Shown here one piece after another: positions 23,577 to 32,188 of a DNA stretch of 46,026 bases (position 1 is the first letter of the stretch; each line of letters starts with the position of its first letter). The stretch comes from an uncultured Kofleriaceae bacterium (GTDB taxonomy: Bacteria; Myxococcota_A; Polyangia; Haliangiales; Haliangiaceae): the NCBI GenBank assembly GCA_964617845.1, contig CAZUAR010000026.1, forward strand, positions 106,821 to 152,846, in the 5' to 3' direction. Both the position numbers and the translations under genes were made by a program. The notes under the pieces were generated by a model that did no database searches, was not told the DNA's origin, and worked only from the letters and a program-made list of their open reading frames with translations.

Positions 23577-25694
23577 ATGAGCGGCGACACGCAGTCGGGA
23601 GAAACCTTCGCGAACCTCGCGAGCGACGGTGCGTGTCCGAGCGAGGACGAGCTCGTCGCGATGATCGAGGGCGCGCTGTCGGCGCAGCAGCTCGCGGCGA
23701 TCGAGAAGCACGTCGCGACGTGCGAGACCTGCGCGTCCGTCGTCGGCGATCTCGGGGCGCTCGGCGACGCCGGCAAGCCGCGCGCGATCGATCGCTACCA
23801 GCTCGATCGCCGCATCGCCGCGGGCGGCATGGGCGAGGTGTGGGCCGCGTGGGATCCGAAGCTGCGCCGCGAGATCGCGGTCAAGCTCGTCAAGCCCGAG
23901 CGCTCCGACGACACGCGCGAACGCGATCGCTTGCTGCGCGAGGCACGCGCGCTCGCGCGGCTGACGCACCCCAACGTGATCGCGGTGCATGACGTCGGCG
24001 AGCAGGACGGCGAGGTGTTCATCGTCAGCGAGCTCGTCTCCGGCGACACGCTCGCGAATCGCGGTGGGCCGTCGGCGGACTGGCGCAATGTCGTGCGGCT
24101 GTACTCGCAGGCGGCGCGCGGGCTCGCGGCCGCGCACGCCGCGGGCCTCGTGCACCGCGACGTGAAGCCCGCAAACCTGCTACTGGGCACCGACGGGCGC
24201 GTGCGCGTCGCGGATTTCGGTCTCGCGGTGCGGAGCAAGACGACGTCGCCGCAGGAGACACCGGACGTCGACGCCAGCCTCAGCCTCGGTCAATCGATCA
24301 CGCAGCGCGGGCACATCGCAGGAACGCCCGCGTACATGGCGCCGGAGCAGCGCGCCGGCCTCAAGGTCGAAGCGCCCGCGGATCAGTTCGCGCTGTGCGT
24401 CGCGCTCGGCGAGGGGATCAGCGGTCGACGTCCGCCGATGGAGGTCACCGCGAAGGACATGATCGCGTTCGTCGCCGAGCGCCGCCCGATGGAGCCCGAC
24501 CTCGAGACCCTGTGCACGATCATCTCGCGCGGCCTCGCGGTGATGCCGGCGGAGCGCTTCCCCGACATGACGTCGCTCGCCGATGCGCTCGACGAGCTGG
24601 TGCCGCCGATCAAGGTGAGCGGCGAGCACCGCGCGGTGCGGACGCCGACCGGCGGAATGCGCGTGCTCCGCGCGCCGACCGGCGGGCAGCCGATCGTGCC
24701 GCCGTCGAACGACGTGCCGGATGTTCCGCCGACGGAGAAGAGCCGGCCGCGCTGGAGTGGCACGCTCGTGATCGCGGGCGTGGTCATCGTCGCGGCGGTG
24801 GCGGTGCTGATCTTCCTCGTGACGCGCGATCGAAAGCGCGGGCTCCAGGTCGCGCCGTCGCCGAGCTCGATGCCGGATCCGACGCAGATCCCGATGCCCT
24901 CGCCACCCTCGGATCACCAGGCGACGTCGCCCGAGGACAACGTGGTACCGGTGCTCGACGCCGCGCCCGCGCCGGGCGAGAAGACCGTCCCGCGCGAGAT
25001 GGTGCCGCCACCCCAGAGCACCGCGCCCGCCTCGAAGGGCCAGGCCCCGGGCGTCGCGCCGATCGCGCCGCCGCCCTCGACCGGCGCTCCGTCGACGGGC
25101 CCGTCGGCGATGGACGACATCGAGCACCTCGCGCCCTCGACGACGTCCGCGCCGGCGACCGCGCCCTCGGGGGTGACGCTCGACATGGTGCACGCCGCGA
25201 TCAAGCGACGCGACGGCAAGGCGTGCCGCGCCGCGCTCGCGAAGCTGACCGCGCCGCCGCCGTCGGACTTCCGCGTCGCGAGCGCGCACGCCGTCTGCGA
25301 GATGGTGGCCGGCAACTGCGAGGGCGGGACGCGCGAGCAACGGGCGCTGAACGTGCGCGAGGGAACGCCGCCCGACTCCGCGGAGATCATCGCGGACCTC
25401 TACTGTCCCGTCGACGGCAGCAGCGATCCGCAGGTGCGCCTGCGCCGGCTCGCGAAGCAGATCGATCTGTTCGCGACGAGCTTCGACTGCGACGACTACC
25501 TGCCCCACGCGCGCGCCGCGGCGAAGGTCGCGACGACGGACCTCGATCGCCGCATCGTCGGCGGGGTGCTGCGCGACATCGCGTTCTGCTACAGCAGGCG
25601 CGAGGACTGCACGACCGCGCGCAAGATCCTCGACGAGGCGAAGGTGTTCATCCCGGGCTTCCGCCTGAACGAGCTGACCGCCGCCTGCCGGTAG
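23577..25694 (+). CDS. Ser/Thr protein kinase with N-terminal zinc-anti-sigma (ZAS) motif, one TM segment, Pro-rich linker and extracytoplasmic Cys-rich domain
   Basis: ZAS motif 'EKHVATCETCASVV' (H-x3-C-x2-C). Kinase motifs 'GGMGEVW', 'VAVKLV', 'HRDVKPANLL', 'DFG', 'APE'. TM segment 'LVIAGVVIVAAVAVLIFLV'. The C-terminal region holds about 12 Cys. Confidence 0.8.
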   Translation: MSGDTQSGETFANLASDGACPSEDELVAMIEGALSAQQLAAIEKHVATCETCASVVGDLGALGDAGKPRAIDRYQLDRRIAAGGMGEVWAAWDPKLRREIAVKLVKPERSDDTRERDRLLREARALARLTHPNVIAVHDVGEQDGEVFIVSELVSGDTLANRGGPSADWRNVVRLYSQAARGLAAAHAAGLVHRDVKPANLLLGTDGRVRVADFGLAVRSKTTSPQETPDVDASLSLGQSITQRGHIAGTPAYMAPEQRAGLKVEAPADQFALCVALGEGISGRRPPMEVTAKDMIAFVAERRPMEPDLETLCTIISRGLAVMPAERFPDMTSLADALDELVPPIKVSGEHRAVRTPTGGMRVLRAPTGGQPIVPPSNDVPDVPPTEKSRPRWSGTLVIAGVVIVAAVAVLIFLVTRDRKRGLQVAPSPSSMPDPTQIPMPSPPSDHQATSPEDNVVPVLDAAPAPGEKTVPREMVPPPQSTAPASKGQAPGVAPIAPPPSTGAPSTGPSAMDDIEHLAPSTTSAPATAPSGVTLDMVHAAIKRRDGKACRAALAKLTAPPPSDFRVASAHAVCEMVAGNCEGGTREQRALNVREGTPPDSAEIIADLYCPVDGSSDPQVRLRRLAKQIDLFATSFDCDDYLPHARAAAKVATTDLDRRIVGGVLRDIAFCYSRREDCTTARKILDEAKVFIPGFRLNELTAACR

Positions 25695-25708
25695 AGCACC
25701 ACCGAAAG

Positions 25709-26131
25709 TCAGCGCCGCATCACGACGGCGCTCGACGGGCACAGCGAGGTGAACTGCGCCGTCGCGCGAATCGCGGGCGGTACGCGATCGCGGGCGACCT
25801 CGTCGAAGCCGTGGCGTGCGAAGTAGTCGCGCGCCGACGTCGTGAGGAGCCACAGCCCGTCGAGCCCCTGCTGCGCGGCGAGCTGGAAGACCCGGTCGCA
25901 CAGCGCGTGAGCGATCCCGCGACCGCGCGCGGCCGGCGATACGGCGAGTGACCGCAACAGGCCGGCGCGACCGCACACCTGCAGCCCGATGACTCCGAGC
26001 AGCGCGCCACCTTCGATCGCCCCGAGCAGGTGGATCGCTGGATCCTCGAGGTCGTCGATCGGCAACTCGTTCGCCGCGAGCAGCGCGCGCGCCGCGTGAA
26101 GTGTCTCGGAGGCGATCGGCGTCACGTCCAT
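25709..26131 (-). CDS. arsN2: GNAT N-acetyltransferase of the ars-associated ArsN2 type
   Basis: ATG at 26131 gives 'MDVTPIASETL...'. 'LLRSLAVSPAARGRGIAHAL' is the GNAT motif A. 'LLTTSARDYFARHGF' and the 'PPAIRATAQFTSLCPSSAV' C-terminus are, as I recall them, typical of ArsN2. It sits at the end of the ars operon. Confidence 0.75.
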   Translation of the reverse strand: MDVTPIASETLHAARALLAANELPIDDLEDPAIHLLGAIEGGALLGVIGLQVCGRAGLLRSLAVSPAARGRGIAHALCDRVFQLAAQQGLDGLWLLTTSARDYFARHGFDEVARDRVPPAIRATAQFTSLCPSSAVVMRR

Positions 26132-26136
26132 GGCGG

Positions 26137-26694
26137 CTACTTGCACGACGAGCAGCTGGTGGTGCGCGGCGAGAAGCTCGTCACCTTGCCGCGGGCATCG
26201 AGCGCGATCACGCAGCACTCGTCGAACATCTCGCGCAGACGCGCCCGACCGCGCTGCACGCGGGACTTCATTCCCGACACCGAGATCCCGACCATGTCTG
26301 CCGCTTCACGCGTGGTGAGGCCCTCGAGCTCCACGAGGGTCACCGCCTCGCGATACGGCGACGGCAAGCGAGCGACGAACAGCGACACGCAGCTCGAGAG
26401 CTCGCGCGACGCGTCGCGATCGTCGTCGTCGATCGGCTCCGCGGGGAGCTCGTCGGCGGCCTCGGCGAGCGGATGCCGGGCCTTGCTGCGCACGAGCTCG
26501 GCGACAGAGCTACGGGCGACCTGGAACAACCACGACGTGAACCGCTCCTCGTCGCGGAGCGAGCCGAGCCCGCGCTGCATGCGGACGAAGACGTCTTGCA
26601 GCACGTCCTCGACGTCGGTCGCGGGCACCTGACGCGCGACGAACGGCCGCAAGCGCGCCGCGACGTCCTCCCACAGCGCGGGCGATGCGTTCAC
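26137..26694 (-). CDS. ECF sigma factor with C-terminal Cys-rich extension (CorE-like, ECF44-type), embedded in the ars operon
   Basis: Region 2 'DVLQDVFVRMQRGLGSLRDEERFTSWLFQVARSSVAELVR'. Region 4 'EGLTTREAADMVGISVSGMKSRVQRGRARLRE'. C-terminal 'ECCVIALDARGKV...SCSSCK' (4 Cys). GTG start overlaps the arsM stop (GTGA), and the gene ends 5 bp before arsN2. Confidence 0.65.
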   Translation of the reverse strand: MNASPALWEDVAARLRPFVARQVPATDVEDVLQDVFVRMQRGLGSLRDEERFTSWLFQVARSSVAELVRSKARHPLAEAADELPAEPIDDDDRDASRELSSCVSLFVARLPSPYREAVTLVELEGLTTREAADMVGISVSGMKSRVQRGRARLREMFDECCVIALDARGKVTSFSPRTTSCSSCK

Positions 26695-27521
26695 GAGCAG
26701 CACCCCGGCCCGCAGCAGGGCTCGTCGGCTCTCGGCTTGCGCGCCGTGATCGTCGCCGACGCGACGAACTTCTCGATGCCCGGCAGCCACGAGCCCACGA
26801 TCTCCGCGCTGCGCGGAACGATCGTGACCTCGATGTCCGTGAACCCGACGGTCGCGAGCATCCCTCGCAGCTCCTCGATCGGCGCCGCCCCCGAGACGCA
26901 CCCCGCGAGCGCCGCGGCTTGGTTCTGGAGCTCGAGCGGGATCGGGCCGGTCGCCACGACGTCGCTGATCGCGAGCCGGCCATCCGGCTTGAGGACGCGG
27001 AACGCGTCGGCGAAGACGGCGCCCTTCTCGGGCGACAGGTTGATCACGCAGTTCGAGAGAATCACGTCGACGGAGGCATCGGCCACCGGAAGGTGCTCGA
27101 TCTCGCCGAGCCGGAAGTCGACGTTGGTCGCGTTGACCTTGCGCGCGTTGGCGCGTGCGAGCGTGACCATGTCCGGGGTCATGTCGACGCCGATCACCCT
27201 GCCCGTCGGGCCTACCTGATGCGCGGCGATGAAGCAGTCGAACCCTCCGCCCGCGCCGAGGTCGAGGACCGTCTGCCCCGGCCGAAGCGACGCGATCGCG
27301 GTCGGGTTGCCGCAGCCGAGCCCGAGGTCCGCCCCTTCGGGGACCACGCCGGTCTGGTCGTCGCTGTAGCCGAGGACCCGCGCCGCCGTACCGCCGGCAC
27401 TCCCCGTCATGCCCGGCGCGCAGCATCCGGGTGCGCAGCCCGCCGATGCACCGGCGCGTGCCACGCTTCCATAGTGGTCGCGGACGGTCCCGCGGATGTC
27501 GTCTGCCTTCGTGTCGCTCAT
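26691..27521 (-). CDS. arsM: Arsenite S-adenosylmethionine methyltransferase
   Basis: ATG 27521 with AGGAGG 6 nt upstream. N-terminal Cys cluster '[10 protein letters not shown]'. SAM-MTase motif I '[11 protein letters not shown]'. C-terminal 'CCGPGCC'. All are typical of ArsM. Confidence 0.85.
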   Translation of the reverse strand: MSDTKADDIRGTVRDHYGSVARAGASAGCAPGCCAPGMTGSAGGTAARVLGYSDDQTGVVPEGADLGLGCGNPTAIASLRPGQTVLDLGAGGGFDCFIAAHQVGPTGRVIGVDMTPDMVTLARANARKVNATNVDFRLGEIEHLPVADASVDVILSNCVINLSPEKGAVFADAFRVLKPDGRLAISDVVATGPIPLELQNQAAALAGCVSGAAPIEELRGMLATVGFTDIEVTIVPRSAEIVGSWLPGIEKFVASATITARKPRADEPCCGPGCCS

Positions 27522-27605
27522 CGTTACCTCCTGTCGGTGAAGACGGGGACCGCTCCGAAAGGACGCAGACTTTCGGCCTCGGTCGGCGCCGGTTGACGTC
27601 ATGCG

Positions 27606-27627
27606 GACATAACGATATCTGTATGTC
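27606..27627. promoter_or_regulatory. Candidate ArsR operator: perfect inverted repeat GACATA-N10-TATGTC in the arsM/arsC divergent region, overlapping the arsC start
   Basis: Read directly. It is the only AT-richer stretch in the 101-bp divergent intergenic region between arsM (start 27521, minus strand) and arsC (start 27623, plus strand). Confidence 0.4.
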
Positions 27628-28063
27628 TATGACATCCGCGGCGCGACCGCCAGGCCTCCTGTTCCTGTGCGTCGCCAACTCGGCACGCAGCCAGATGGCG
27701 GAGGGCCTCGCGCGCTCGATCTTCGGCGATCGCGCCACGGTACAGAGCGCGGGAAGCGCGCCGTCGCGCGTGAACGAGTACGCGATCGAGGCGATGCGCG
27801 AGGTCGGCGTGGATCTGACCGCGCACCGCTCGAAGTCGGTCGACTCGATCGATCCGGCGAGCGTCGATCTCGTGATCACGCTGTGCGCCGAGGAGGTGTG
27901 CCCCGTGTTCCTCGGCACGACGCGTCGCCTTCACTGGCCGATTCCGGATCCGGCGAGCTCCGATCCGGCGCTCTCGCGCGACGAGATGCTCGCCCGCTTC
28001 CGTGCCGCGCGGGACACCATTCGCCAGAAGCTCGAACAGCTCACCGTCGACGGCCTGACCTAG
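27623..28063 (+). CDS. arsC: Arsenate reductase, LMW-PTP (thioredoxin-coupled) family
   Basis: P-loop '[16 protein letters not shown]' (C-x5-R-S). Downstream Cys residues sit in 'TLCAEEVCP'. About 146 aa from ATG 27623. Confidence 0.85.
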   Translation: MSMTSAARPPGLLFLCVANSARSQMAEGLARSIFGDRATVQSAGSAPSRVNEYAIEAMREVGVDLTAHRSKSVDSIDPASVDLVITLCAEEVCPVFLGTTRRLHWPIPDPASSDPALSRDEMLARFRAARDTIRQKLEQLTVDGLT

Positions 28064-28070
28064 GAGCGCG

Positions 28071-28442
28071 ATGCAATCGACCCTGACCACCGAAGACCAT
28101 GGCGTGCGGCCGCTGACCAAGCTGTTCCGCGCGCTCGGCGACGAGACACGCATGCGGATCGTCGCGCTGCTCGCGCACGGCGAGCTGTGCGTCTGCCACA
28201 TCGAGACCGCGCTCGAGCTGAGCCAGCCCAACGTCTCGCGCCACCTCGGCATCCTGCGAATGGCCGGCATCGTCGACGCGCGTCGCGATGGAACGTGGGT
28301 CTACTACAAGCTCGCCGAGCAAGAGCACGACGCCGTGCGCGAGGTGCTCGCGACGCTGACGAAGGCCTTCGGTGCCGAGCGTGCGATTCGCGCGGACCAC
28401 GCGAAGCTCCGCAAGTCGTGCGGTCCCGACGCATGCAAGTGA
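28071..28442 (+). CDS. arsR: ArsR/SmtB family metalloregulatory repressor
   Basis: 'ELCVCHIETALELSQPNVSRHL' combines the As(III)-binding ELCVC motif with a winged HTH. GGAG RBS lies 4 nt upstream. Confidence 0.9.
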   Translation: MQSTLTTEDHGVRPLTKLFRALGDETRMRIVALLAHGELCVCHIETALELSQPNVSRHLGILRMAGIVDARRDGTWVYYKLAEQEHDAVREVLATLTKAFGAERAIRADHAKLRKSCGPDACK

Positions 28443-29110
28443 CCCTCGCGCGCAAGCTCGTCGCGGAGGGCCTCGGGACGGCGCTCCTCGTCGCCGCCGT
28501 CGTCGGCTCGGGGATCATGGCGCAGAGGCTCGCGACGGATCCGGCGACGGCGCTGTTGTGCAACACGCTCGCGACGGGGGCGGCGCTCGTGGCGCTCCTC
28601 TTGATGTTCGGTCCGGTCTCGGGCGCGCAGCTCAATCCAGCGGTCACGCTCGTCATGGCGACCACGCGCGACGTCACGCCACGCGTCGCCGCGGGCTACA
28701 TCGTCGTGCAGGTCGGCGGCGCGATCGCCGGTGCGGTGATCGCGAACACGATGTTCGATCTCGCGCCGATCGCGATCTCGACCACGGCGCGCGCGAGCCT
28801 GTCGTCGCTCGTCAGCGAGTGCGTCGCGACGTTCGGGCTCGTCGGCGTCGTCGTCGCGGTCGGCCGCACGCGCGCCTCCATCGCACCGCTCGCCGTCGCG
28901 GCGTACATCACCGCCGCGTACTGGTTCACCGCGTCGACCTCGTTCGCGAACCCCGCGGTCACCGTGGGTCGCGCGTTCAGCAATACGTTCGCGGGCATCC
29001 ATCCCTCGAGCGTGCTGCCCTTCATCGCCGCACAGCTCTGCGGCGCGATCGCGGGCGGCCTCCTGTTCACGTGGATGGTGCCGAGACCCACGGTGAACGC
29101 GACCGCGTAG
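28433..29110 (+). CDS. aqpS: MIP-family aquaglyceroporin (arsenite channel, AqpS/GlpF-like)
   Basis: Two NPA boxes ('LNPAVTL' and 'ANPAVTVG') and six hydrophobic helices. ATG 28433 overlaps the arsR 3' end. Confidence 0.85.
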   Translation: MQVTLARKLVAEGLGTALLVAAVVGSGIMAQRLATDPATALLCNTLATGAALVALLLMFGPVSGAQLNPAVTLVMATTRDVTPRVAAGYIVVQVGGAIAGAVIANTMFDLAPIAISTTARASLSSLVSECVATFGLVGVVVAVGRTRASIAPLAVAAYITAAYWFTASTSFANPAVTVGRAFSNTFAGIHPSSVLPFIAAQLCGAIAGGLLFTWMVPRPTVNATA

Positions 29111-29332
29111 TCACGCGTGGCGCCGGCGCCACACCCACCGTCGACGAAGCACGCGGATCCGCGCTCGCGCGCAGCTATTCCCTCGGCGATCGTGGCGCAC
29201 GCGCCACACAGCAGCGCGTGCCATTGCTTGCCGCTGCGTAAGCTCGGCGCGCGAGCCACGATTCCCCCTCGAAGGACACGAGCCACGGCGTGCAACTGCA
29301 CGGCGATGCCTCCGTCCGGATCAGGGAGGCCC

Positions 29333-30088
29333 ATGCACGCAGCTCGACTCGCCACGCTCGCAGCCACGCTCGTATCCGTCGTGCTCGCGACCGCGACCGC
29401 TCAGGCGCGATCGCACGTGCCGCTGGATCCCCTCGATGACGAGGAGCCCGCCGCCACGACGAGCACGACCGAGGTCGCGGTGGCTCCGTCGCAATCGACA
29501 GATCGCGGCTGGCCGTTTCGCCTCGAAGGCGGCATCGGCATCCGGTGGGGCAGCTTCCTCATCAACAACATCGACGCGAAGGACACGGTCAAGCAGCTCC
29601 ACCTCGACGGTGGCCTTCGCTTCCGCAACCATCGCGTGTTCGTCTACGGACAGTACGCGCTGCAGTCGATGCAGATCCCGCTCGACGATCTCGCCGCGCG
29701 CGCCGGAACACCGGTCGCGATCGGCAACGGGCGCGGCCTCATGCACCGGCTCGCCGCGCACGGGCGCTACTCGTTCGCGCGCGCGGGCGAGAAGGACGGC
29801 GGCCTCGACCTCTTCGCCGACGCCGGCGTCGGCGTGCAGCACATCCGGTGGGACGCCGGCGGCGCGTGGACCCGCCCCGACCTGCAGCTCGCGCTCGGCA
29901 TCGCGGGGTTCGGCGTCGGTGACACGCAGCATGGCGGCATGTCGCTGTCGATGGTGCTCACGCTCGCGCCGCGCAACGACGTCATGGGCGCCGGGCGCGC
30001 GTGCGGTGGCCCGTGCGACTACGCGACCGAGCCGACCGGCTTCGATCGCAGCTTCATGTTCGACGTGACGCTGATGTTCGGAAAATGA
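29333..30088 (+). CDS. Secreted outer-membrane beta-barrel-like protein, function unknown
   Basis: ATG 29333 with AGGGAGG RBS. Signal peptide 'MHAARLATLAATLVSVVLATATAQA'. Alternating hydrophobic/aromatic strands with a terminal '...FDVTLMFGK' (aromatic near C-terminus). The ORF part upstream of that start is Arg-rich junk. Confidence 0.6.
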   Translation: MHAARLATLAATLVSVVLATATAQARSHVPLDPLDDEEPAATTSTTEVAVAPSQSTDRGWPFRLEGGIGIRWGSFLINNIDAKDTVKQLHLDGGLRFRNHRVFVYGQYALQSMQIPLDDLAARAGTPVAIGNGRGLMHRLAAHGRYSFARAGEKDGGLDLFADAGVGVQHIRWDAGGAWTRPDLQLALGIAGFGVGDTQHGGMSLSMVLTLAPRNDVMGAGRACGGPCDYATEPTGFDRSFMFDVTLMFGK

Positions 30089-30112
30089 AGACGCGGCGAC
30101 ATCGGACGCGGC

Positions 30113-30170
30113 GGCGTCGATAACCGCGGCGACGGCGTCGATAACCGCGGCGACGGCGTCGATGGCCGCC
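30113..30170. repeat. 21-bp tandem direct repeat (ggcgtcgataaccgcggcgac x2 plus partial third copy) between convergent genes
   Basis: Units at 30113-30133 and 30134-30154 are identical, and a diverged third unit starts at 30155. Confidence 0.8.
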
Positions 30171-30205
30171 GCCGTACGGTCTGACGGATCGGCGTGGACC
30201 CTGCC

Positions 30206-32188
30206 CTAGCTCGCGCGTGCTGACGATCCACCCTTGCGCGGGCGCGCGGCCTCGGCGAGCAGCTCCGCCGCGTGCGCCTTGGCCTTCGACGTCGCGTGAC
30301 CGCCGAGCATGCGCGCGAGCTCGTCCTTGCGCGCAGCGACCGTCAGCTTCTTCACGCGAGTCTCGGTGCGCCCGCCGACCTCCGCCTTCTCGACGTGGAA
30401 GTGCTGGTCCGCGAACGCGGCGATCTGCGGAAGGTGCGTGACGCACAGGACCTGCCGTCCGTGCGCGCCGGTCCCTCGGTCGCCGGCGACCGCGCGGATC
30501 TGCGAACCGACCACCTGCGCCGTCGCGCCGCCGATCCCGCTGTCGACCTCGTCGAACACGTACGTCGCCACGTGCTCCGCGCGCCCCGCGGACTGCAGGC
30601 CGAGCTTGAGCGCGAGCATGATGCGAGACAGCTCGCCACCTGACGCGATCTTCACGAGCGGTCGCGCGTCCTCGCCCTTGTTCGACGCCAGCAAGAGCTC
30701 GACGCGATCCGCGCCATGCGGCCCGAGACCTCGACGAACAGGACTCTTCGACTTCGCCCTGGTCGCGGTGTTGGTCGATGCGCCCGTCGGCGACGAGTCC
30801 TTCGTGGGTGCTGGGTTCGGCGAGCTGACGGACGCACTCGTCGATGCATCGGGTGCATCCGGTGTGTCGAGCGTCTCGATCGACACGTGCAGTCGCGCCG
30901 AGGCCATGCCGAGCTCCGCGAGCGCGGCGCCGACTTCCTTCTCCAGCTTGCGCGCCGCCTTCTTGCGACACGCGGTCAGCGCAGCCGCGGCCGACATCGC
31001 CGCGGCTTCTGCCTTGGTACGCGCGGCGAGCACCTCGGCGAGCGTGGCGTCACGCCCCGTGAGTGCGTCCAGCTCGGCGCGCAGCTGCGTTGCCTTGGCG
31101 AGGATCTCGTCGAGGTTCGCGGCCGCGTGCTTGCGCACGAGCCTGCGGATCAATGCGATGCGTTCGTCGAGGTACGCGAGTCGCTCGGGATCGCCCTCGA
31201 GCTTGTCCGCGTACGAGCGCAGCTGGTCGGCGGCGTCGTCGATCAGCGTCTCGATCTCGGCGAGCTGTTTCGCGATCGGCTCGAGCGTCGCGTCCGTGCG
31301 CATGCCGCGCTCGACCTCGCGCGCCGCCGCGGCGACCCGATCGCGGGCCGAGTCGTCACTGCCGTAGAGCACGTCCTCGGCCGCGCGGGCGGCGCCCTGG
31401 AGCAAGTCGACCGACGCGAGCCGGACGCGCTCGAGCTCGATGGTCTGATCCTCGCCCTCCGTGAACCCGGCGGCGTCGATCTCCTCGAGCTGGTAGCGCA
31501 AATAGTCGATGCGAGCCTCGCGCTCGCGCTCGTCGCCGCCGAGCGCGGCCAGGGCGTCGTCGCAGCGCCGCAGCTCGGTCCACGCGGCGGCCATGGCCTC
31601 GACGAGCGGCTCTGCGGCCCCGAACGCGTCGAGCAGATCGCGATGCCGCGATGGATCGACGAGGCCCTGGTGCTGGTGCTGACCCGACAGATCGACGAGC
31701 AGCGCGCCCAGCTCGGCGAGCCGCGCCGCGGTGGTCAGCGCGCCGTTGACGTACGTGCGCGAGCGACCGCCGCGCTGGATCACGCGTCGAATGAACACCT
31801 CGTCGGCGTCCCCGTCGCGATCGACATCGCCCGCGTCCCGCGAGGCGCTCCCACGCGAACCTTGCGACGCGTGCGAGCCTTGCGACGCGTGCGAACCTTG
31901 CGAACCTTGCGAACCGAGCCCGGGGAGCCCTGCTCCCTCGAGGACAGCGATCACGCGCTCGCGCAGATCCGCGGGCACCTCGACGATCGCCTCGACGACC
32001 GCTTCATCCGTCCCCGTGCGCGGGATGTCCGCGGAGGCGCGACCGCCGCGTAACAGGTTCACCGCCTCGACGATCAGCGACTTGCCGGCGCCCGTCTCGC
32101 CGGTGAGCACGTTCATCCCCGGGCCGAGCTCGATCTCGACGTCCGACAGGATCGCGAAGTTGGTCACGCGCAAGTGCCGCAGCATCAC
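30206..32188 (-). CDS. recN: DNA repair protein RecN (SMC-like ATPase) with low-complexity insertions
   Basis: Walker A 'GETGAGKS'. Signature and Walker B region 'KIASGGELSRIMLALK...YVFDEVDSGIGG'. Coiled-coil middle. Insertions 'GSQGSQGSHASQGSHASQGSRGS' and a Ser/Thr/Pro-rich segment lie ahead of the C-terminal head. Confidence 0.9.
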   Translation of the reverse strand: MMLRHLRVTNFAILSDVEIELGPGMNVLTGETGAGKSLIVEAVNLLRGGRASADIPRTGTDEAVVEAIVEVPADLRERVIAVLEGAGLPGLGSQGSQGSHASQGSHASQGSRGSASRDAGDVDRDGDADEVFIRRVIQRGGRSRTYVNGALTTAARLAELGALLVDLSGQHQHQGLVDPSRHRDLLDAFGAAEPLVEAMAAAWTELRRCDDALAALGGDEREREARIDYLRYQLEEIDAAGFTEGEDQTIELERVRLASVDLLQGAARAAEDVLYGSDDSARDRVAAAAREVERGMRTDATLEPIAKQLAEIETLIDDAADQLRSYADKLEGDPERLAYLDERIALIRRLVRKHAAANLDEILAKATQLRAELDALTGRDATLAEVLAARTKAEAAAMSAAAALTACRKKAARKLEKEVGAALAELGMASARLHVSIETLDTPDAPDASTSASVSSPNPAPTKDSSPTGASTNTATRAKSKSPVRRGLGPHGADRVELLLASNKGEDARPLVKIASGGELSRIMLALKLGLQSAGRAEHVATYVFDEVDSGIGGATAQVVGSQIRAVAGDRGTGAHGRQVLCVTHLPQIAAFADQHFHVEKAEVGGRTETRVKKLTVAARKDELARMLGGHATSKAKAHAAELLAEAARPRKGGSSARAS

